DNA from: a virus
Lineage: Duplodnaviria; Caudoviricetes
Strand: one strand, 5' to 3'
DNA: 50,963 bases
Virus record (IMG/VR): IMGVR_UViG_3300044825_001111
Location: 1 to 50,963 of that record
Below the pieces are notes generated by a model that was given only the letters and a program-made list of their open reading frames with translations, searched no databases and was not told the DNA's origin. The position numbers and the translations under genes are program-made. The first letter of the stretch is position 1. Each line of letters begins with the position of its first letter. Shown one piece after another: positions 45,669 to 50,963 of the stretch.

Positions 45669-47555
45669 TTACCAGGTGGTGCCGTCGATCCACGCCACCA
45701 TGCCGGTGCGGCGCATCTTCCAGGTCAGAGGCAGGATCATGCGCAGCGCGAGGCTGTTCGTCTGGAACATGCTGCGGATCGGGTCGTTGACCGAGCCGGC
45801 CGCCGTCACGATTTCGCCCGGCGCATCGCTCATGTGGAGCGTGGCCTGCTCGCTGACGTCGAACTCCGGCGTGTCGCCAGTGGCGGTGCAGAAGTCCTCG
45901 GCGTCGACCGCGATAAGGCGGCCAGAGGTCGCGCTCGTCGAGGTGAGGATGCGGAACTGCGACATGAACTGCGAAGCCCAGCCGAAGGTACCCTCGGGTC
46001 CGGGCATCATCGCCAGCTTGCGGGCCTGTGCCGGGTTCATGATAAGAACCAGACGGCGGCCAGCATTGGCAGCGTCGAACACCGCGAACAGCGTGTTGAG
46101 ATCGGCAAGCACAGCCTGCCAATCGCCGCCGCCGTAGCCGGTTGCAGTCGCCGAGACGCCGTTCAGCAAGCCAGCCGGACGAGTGGTCGAACCCGCCGTC
46201 GAGTCGAGCAGAAGGCCGTCTAGGGTGATGGCTGTCCGGCGCAGAATCGAGTTGCGCAGAACGGCTTCCAGCGCCGGGGTCGTGTACTTCGCCGCCTCTT
46301 TCGACATCGTGGTGATGATGCCGAACTTGTGCGGGGCCATCGTGATCGACGTGGTCGTGAAGCGGCCGACCGGAATCGGGTCGCCTTCCAGAACGAAGCC
46401 GCCGGCAAGGGCCGCATCGGTGGAAATCGACGGGATGGTGATCGATCCCTGGCTGTTGTTGAAGGTCACGCCAATGCCGGCTTCACGCAGGCCCGGATAG
46501 ACCGAGTCCGGGCTAAGAAGCCCGAGCAGTTCCTGGGTGGCATTGTTGACGAGCTGCGAAGCCCAGCCGGAAGTCGTGGTCGTGGCAATCGTGGCGTCAG
46601 CCTTGGTCACCAGAGCCGTGGCTTCGTGACCGGGATAGCGCTCGTTGAGAACGACGTCGATCTCCTTGCCGCTCACCTTGGAGACGAAGTGGCAGAGAGC
46701 CGACCGGAAGATCAGGTCAGCGGCCTTGACTTCGTCCTGCGGGAATCCGAGCGGACGGCGAGCGACCGCCGGGGCGGCAACGCCAGCAGCCGCGCGGGCA
46801 TTGACGCCGATCTTCGCTTCAGCCGCCTTGAGCGCGCCAAGCGACTTTTCGGCCGCATCGATCTGGCCCGTCAGCTCTTCGACGGCAACCGTATCGATGT
46901 CCTCCACGCCCGTCAGCTCCGCAAGGCGGTCCTTCTTGGAATTTAGTTCGTTCTGCGCATCCTCGATGCGCTGTGCCAGAGTTTTCATGGCAGGTGTCCT
47001 CTTGTTGGGTTGGGTTTGCGAGGCGTTCCCGCCCTTGGTCGTGGCCATGTCGCGTCGCTGGATCCCGGCGGACTCGCCGAAAGCGATCGACATGGTTTCG
47101 GAAGAAAGGTTGAGCGACTTGGCAAGCGCCAGCGCCGCAGGATTGGCAGGCACCGCCACGAGCGAGCACTCGCGCAAGTCCTGCTTGATGAATTTCATCG
47201 GCCCGTAAGGCTTCTCGGGGTCCAGCGGTTCGGACTTGATCGGCATGAAACCGACCGAAACCGCCCGCAGAATGCCCTGCTCCACCAGCGAGATCAGTTC
47301 GTCGATCCGCGCACTGGTTCCCTTGGCCGCCAGCTTGAGTTTGCCCACCAGCTTGCCGCCTTCGACGCGCACCGATTCCCAGGTGCCGATCGCAAAGTCT
47401 GACTTGTGGCCGAAGAGTGCAATCGGGTTCTGTTTGAACCACCGCAAATCCCAGCCCTTGGGGTCTATCACGTCGCCATAGGTGTCGACCGTGTCGTCAG
47501 ACATGACGAATTCCAGGCCGTCGCCACGCATGGCGACAGTTTTCTTGACCAGCAT
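45669..47555 (-). CDS. Prohead protease-major capsid fusion (HK97 fold)
   Basis: N-terminal NPIALFGH, AVSVGF, ECSLVAVPANP; coiled-coil delta region; capsid domain ending RPAGLLNG...SMFQTN. Confidence 0.92.
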   Translation of the reverse strand: MLVKKTVAMRGDGLEFVMSDDTVDTYGDVIDPKGWDLRWFKQNPIALFGHKSDFAIGTWESVRVEGGKLVGKLKLAAKGTSARIDELISLVEQGILRAVSVGFMPIKSEPLDPEKPYGPMKFIKQDLRECSLVAVPANPAALALAKSLNLSSETMSIAFGESAGIQRRDMATTKGGNASQTQPNKRTPAMKTLAQRIEDAQNELNSKKDRLAELTGVEDIDTVAVEELTGQIDAAEKSLGALKAAEAKIGVNARAAAGVAAPAVARRPLGFPQDEVKAADLIFRSALCHFVSKVSGKEIDVVLNERYPGHEATALVTKADATIATTTTSGWASQLVNNATQELLGLLSPDSVYPGLREAGIGVTFNNSQGSITIPSISTDAALAGGFVLEGDPIPVGRFTTTSITMAPHKFGIITTMSKEAAKYTTPALEAVLRNSILRRTAITLDGLLLDSTAGSTTRPAGLLNGVSATATGYGGGDWQAVLADLNTLFAVFDAANAGRRLVLIMNPAQARKLAMMPGPEGTFGWASQFMSQFRILTSTSATSGRLIAVDAEDFCTATGDTPEFDVSEQATLHMSDAPGEIVTAAGSVNDPIRSMFQTNSLALRMILPLTWKMRRTGMVAWIDGTTW

Positions 47556-47566
47556 CGGCGCCTCCT

Positions 47567-49144
47567 TCAGGCGATCATTGCGTGAATGTCGAGCGGCACC
47601 GGGCCGGGCATATCGGCGCCCGAGACACCCGTCGCCATCGCCAGAGCGACCATCCCGTCGATGCGTCCGTGCGATTTCATCTTGTCCAGCTTTCGATTCC
47701 CAGACGGGTCGGTCTTGACGGTTGCGTTCGCGGCGCACCAGGTCAGGACCGGGTGCCCGCCGTGGGCGATCTGTGCATTGAGCAGCAGCGTTTCGAGCGT
47801 CCGAAGCGCCGGCGACATGGACTGGAAGCCCTGGCCGAACTCTTCGAAGATTGCGGTGTCGCCCTCGATCTCTTCTTCGAGAAAGCCCGCTTTCAGCAGC
47901 CAGGGCCGCAGGTGCTTCATGTTCCAGCGGTCGAAGGCGATCTTCTTGAACGGGTTCTCGCGGTGTTCCTCGAAGATCAGATTGGCGACGTACTCATACT
48001 CGATCGACTTGCCGGGCGTGGTTTCGAGAAAGTTCTGCGCCTTCCATGTGTCGTAGGGCACCCGGTCCTTGACCGCCTTGTCGCGGAGGCCGTGGTCGGG
48101 CAGCCAGAACGTCGGACGGACGTGCCAGACGCCCTCATGCCGGGCGATGCGGACGAAGGCAGTCAAGTCCTGCGTCGAGGACAGGTCGAGGCCGGCATAG
48201 ACGTCGAGGCCTTCGAAGTCGTCGATCGGCGCCCGGTTGCAGCTGTTCCACAGAATGCGGGACACGAACGGCGAACTCGCCGACACGCGCCGGTTCAAGA
48301 TCAGGTTCTCGAAGCCAGGCTGCTGCGACGGCATCCGTCGCGCATCCTCCATCATCGAGAGGACTTCGGCTTTGTTCATGAACAGGTCGAAGGCCGGATT
48401 GGCGGCGCGGATCGCCTCTTCCGAGAACGGGTCCATGTCGTCGGGCGCGGTGTCGAACCGCAGGACGGTCTTGGGATCCGCACCCGTCAGGGCGTCGTCG
48501 ATCAGGGTCGAGAGCAGGTCGCCGTCGGTCGGCGCCTGGGTCGAGATAATCACCGACAGCGGCTCGTCCTGTGCGGCGGTGGCAGTCTCGAGCGCCTCGT
48601 AGAGTTCCGACCGCGGCCCCTTGACCTGGCCGAGTTCGTCATGGATCGACACCGCCGGGCTGAGACCGTAGGACGTCGAGGCGTCGGCCGAGAGCGCCTT
48701 GTAGAGCGTGCCGAGCTGCGGGCAGGCCAGCTGCTTTGCCGTGTCGCGGATCACCGTCACCGCCGACAGGTCCGGCGACATGCGGATCATCTTGGCGGCC
48801 AGGCTGAACAGGACCGCCGCCTGCTCGCGCGACTGCGCCGCCGAGTTCAACTGCGCGTTCGGCCGGGCCTCGGGACCGCAGAGGTGCAACAGCACGATCA
48901 GCGCCGCCTCGACCGTCTTGGCGTTCTTGCGGCCGCGCGAGATAATCGCCCGCCTGGTGCCCGCCGGGTTGTCGTAGATCGCCCGGAAGTCCTCGACCAT
49001 GTATGGCGCGACCTTGAGCGGTTTGCCGACGAACCGGCCCTCGGGCACCCTGATGTAGCGTTCGATCCAGGCGACGTTGCGCTCGGCCCGGGTCGGCTTC
49101 TTGACCCTCGGCTTTGCAGCCTTGGCCTTCTTCACTCTTCCCAC
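47567..49144 (-). CDS. terL: Terminase large subunit
   Basis: GRKNAKT, IHDELG, ISTQ, GLDLSS..DLTA, RIDGMVA. Confidence 0.95.
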   Translation of the reverse strand: MGRVKKAKAAKPRVKKPTRAERNVAWIERYIRVPEGRFVGKPLKVAPYMVEDFRAIYDNPAGTRRAIISRGRKNAKTVEAALIVLLHLCGPEARPNAQLNSAAQSREQAAVLFSLAAKMIRMSPDLSAVTVIRDTAKQLACPQLGTLYKALSADASTSYGLSPAVSIHDELGQVKGPRSELYEALETATAAQDEPLSVIISTQAPTDGDLLSTLIDDALTGADPKTVLRFDTAPDDMDPFSEEAIRAANPAFDLFMNKAEVLSMMEDARRMPSQQPGFENLILNRRVSASSPFVSRILWNSCNRAPIDDFEGLDVYAGLDLSSTQDLTAFVRIARHEGVWHVRPTFWLPDHGLRDKAVKDRVPYDTWKAQNFLETTPGKSIEYEYVANLIFEEHRENPFKKIAFDRWNMKHLRPWLLKAGFLEEEIEGDTAIFEEFGQGFQSMSPALRTLETLLLNAQIAHGGHPVLTWCAANATVKTDPSGNRKLDKMKSHGRIDGMVALAMATGVSGADMPGPVPLDIHAMIA

Positions 49145-49566
49145 GGCAATTTGCCTCTGGCCGCGCTCTTCGAGGCGGTGGCCGCAGCCTGCGGCGTGTA
49201 GCGCGCCTGATTGGTCAGCCGCAGCTTCGTCGCCTTGTCGGCGGCGCCCTTCGTCTCGAGGTCGCGCATCTTGAGCAAGTCGGAGTAACGCTTCACGCCG
49301 TCCTTGTTCTTGAGCCAGTCCGTTTCGAACATGTTGATGATGACGGTGATCTTGTCGGCCGCGGCCCGGTGCCGGCAGTAGTCTTTCAGCAGTGCCCGCA
49401 GCGCCGCGGTGTTGAAGAACTCGATCGCCTCACTCGCCACGATTTCGCGCCAGATCGCCACCTCGGCTTCCGTCATGTCGGCCGGCGGCTGCGCCCGCTG
49501 CCCGAAGGCGCCCTGGATGACGTTGGTTTCGACGGAGGCGGCCGACTTGCGTCCGCGTTTCTGCAT
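49132..49566 (-). CDS. terS: Terminase small subunit (P27-like)
   Basis: RGRKS...PP..M...W...ATKLRLT..AR; directly upstream of terL. Confidence 0.85.
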   Translation of the reverse strand: MQKRGRKSAASVETNVIQGAFGQRAQPPADMTEAEVAIWREIVASEAIEFFNTAALRALLKDYCRHRAAADKITVIINMFETDWLKNKDGVKRYSDLLKMRDLETKGAADKATKLRLTNQARYTPQAAATASKSAARGKLPWEE

Positions 49567-49583
49567 GGTTGATCCTGTTTAGG

Positions 49584-50939
49584 TCAGGCGGCCTTGCCAG
49601 CCTTGACCAGTTCTTCGCGCTTGCTGGCGCACCACAGCTCGTAGGACTCGAAGCCGTCCTTGCGCCAGTCGTACCGGGCATCGGCCACGTCCTCGAAGGT
49701 CTGGCCGGTGGACTCGAGCGTGGCCTTTTTCCCCGAGAAATCCTGCCAGCGCTTGATGGCGACGTCGACGTAGATCGGGTTCAGTTCGATCGCTAGCACC
49801 CGGCGGCCGGACTGCTCGCCCGCGATGATGGTCGTGCCGGATCCCGAGAACGGCTCATAGACCGCGTTGCCGGGGACGGAGTTGTTCTCCATCGGGCGGC
49901 GCATGCACTCGACGGGCTTCTGGGTGGAGTGGCCCGTTTCGGATTTCTTCGGCTTTGCTATGTCCCACAAGGTGGACTGCTTGCGGTCGCCAGCCCAATG
50001 GCCGGTCGCCTTCTCGCGCACCGCGTACCAACACGTCTCGTGCTGCGAGTGGTAGTTCCCGCGCCCCACGACAAGCGCGCTCTTGCCCCACACAATCAGG
50101 TTGCGGAGCTTGAAGCCGCAGTCCGTGAGCTGATTGGCGACGCTGACAAGCTGCTTTTCGCCGTGCCACACATAGGCCACGTCGCCCGGAAACAGCGCCC
50201 ACGCCTCGCGCCAGTCCGACTTGTCGTCATTCTCGACCTTGCCCTTGGCCCGGCCCTTGCCCGTGCTCAACAGGCTGCCATCGGCGTTCTTGGCCGTGGT
50301 CCGCCAGTCGGCGTCGTACTCGACCCCATATGGAGGATCGGTCACCATCAGGTGGGGCCGTTCCTGCCCCAGACAGGCCCCAACAGCGGCAGCGTCGGTC
50401 GAGTCGCCACACACCAGCCGGTGCCCGCCCAGAAGCCACACGTCGCCAAGCGTGGCCACCGCGCGGGCGCCTGCCTCGGGGACGGCGTCAGGGTCGGTGA
50501 GGCCGGCAGTGCCTTTGCCCGCCAGCAGGGCGTCGATGTCCGAGAATCCCAGCAGGTCGAGGTCGAAGCCGGATCCCTTGAGGTCGGCCAGCTCGTTCGT
50601 CAGCATGTCGGCATCCCACCCGGCGTTGAGCGCCAGCTGGTTGTCGGCCAGGACGTAAGCCTTCTTCTGGGCGTCGGACCAGCCCTCGGCCACCATGACC
50701 GGCACTTCGGCCAGGCCCAGCTTGCGGGCGGCAAGGACGCGGCCGTGGCCGGCGATGATCTGCCCGCCCTCGTCCACGAGGACCGGGTTCGTCCAGCCCC
50801 ACTCCTGCATCGACGCCGCGATCTGCGCCACCTGGGCGTCGCTATGGGTGCGGGCGTTCCGGGCGTAGGGGATCAGCGCCTCGATCGGCCGGCGCTCCAC
50901 GCGATCTGCAGGCCACTTTTGTTGCAAGAAAGCCCTCAA
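49584..50939 (-). CDS. ParB-N domain fused DNA methyltransferase
   Basis: LIPYARNARTH...IIAGHGR...ADN; DPPY; HSTQKP; EPFSGSGTT. Confidence 0.92.
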   Translation of the reverse strand: MRAFLQQKWPADRVERRPIEALIPYARNARTHSDAQVAQIAASMQEWGWTNPVLVDEGGQIIAGHGRVLAARKLGLAEVPVMVAEGWSDAQKKAYVLADNQLALNAGWDADMLTNELADLKGSGFDLDLLGFSDIDALLAGKGTAGLTDPDAVPEAGARAVATLGDVWLLGGHRLVCGDSTDAAAVGACLGQERPHLMVTDPPYGVEYDADWRTTAKNADGSLLSTGKGRAKGKVENDDKSDWREAWALFPGDVAYVWHGEKQLVSVANQLTDCGFKLRNLIVWGKSALVVGRGNYHSQHETCWYAVREKATGHWAGDRKQSTLWDIAKPKKSETGHSTQKPVECMRRPMENNSVPGNAVYEPFSGSGTTIIAGEQSGRRVLAIELNPIYVDVAIKRWQDFSGKKATLESTGQTFEDVADARYDWRKDGFESYELWCASKREELVKAGKAA

Positions 50940-50963
50940 TGTTACGGTTTATGGTTTTTGCGG

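Noticed and set aside
50940-50963. cos site
   Set aside because: Expected between the HNH gene and this end, but the window stops here and the two ends do not overlap, so it cannot be located.

Overview
Near-complete (about 51 kb) genome of a lambdoid/HK97-like long-tailed phage, probably of an alphaproteobacterium (GapR-like and OmpR/CtrA-type wHTH genes, tRNA-Pro attP). The window is opened near the packaging end: a truncated terminase-associated HNH gene lies at the left edge and the ParB-methylase/terminase genes at the right edge. The minus strand 1-8.7 kb holds cro, replication (DUF1376 initiator, DnaB), nucleases, a methylase and a late regulator. The plus strand 8.75-19.3 kb holds the repressor, RecT, accessory genes, an N-terminally truncated integrase and attP. 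The minus strand 19.3-50.9 kb holds head, tail, lysis and receptor-binding genes. The standout is 12034-13901: a stand-alone Cas7/RAMP-like gene, then a ~580-nt non-coding array of about 11 units built from GGY-NN pentamers and delimited by GGCGGTC, then an accessory gene. This looks like a non-CRISPR RNA-guided system of the VIPR type (recalled from memory, not verified). Reading the variable dinucleotides as codon positions 1-2, one unit spells G-T-S-T-G-G-I-I, the patatin phospholipase catalytic motif, hinting at wobble-insensitive targeting of host or defence genes. All family calls are by-eye motif recognition; no searches were run.
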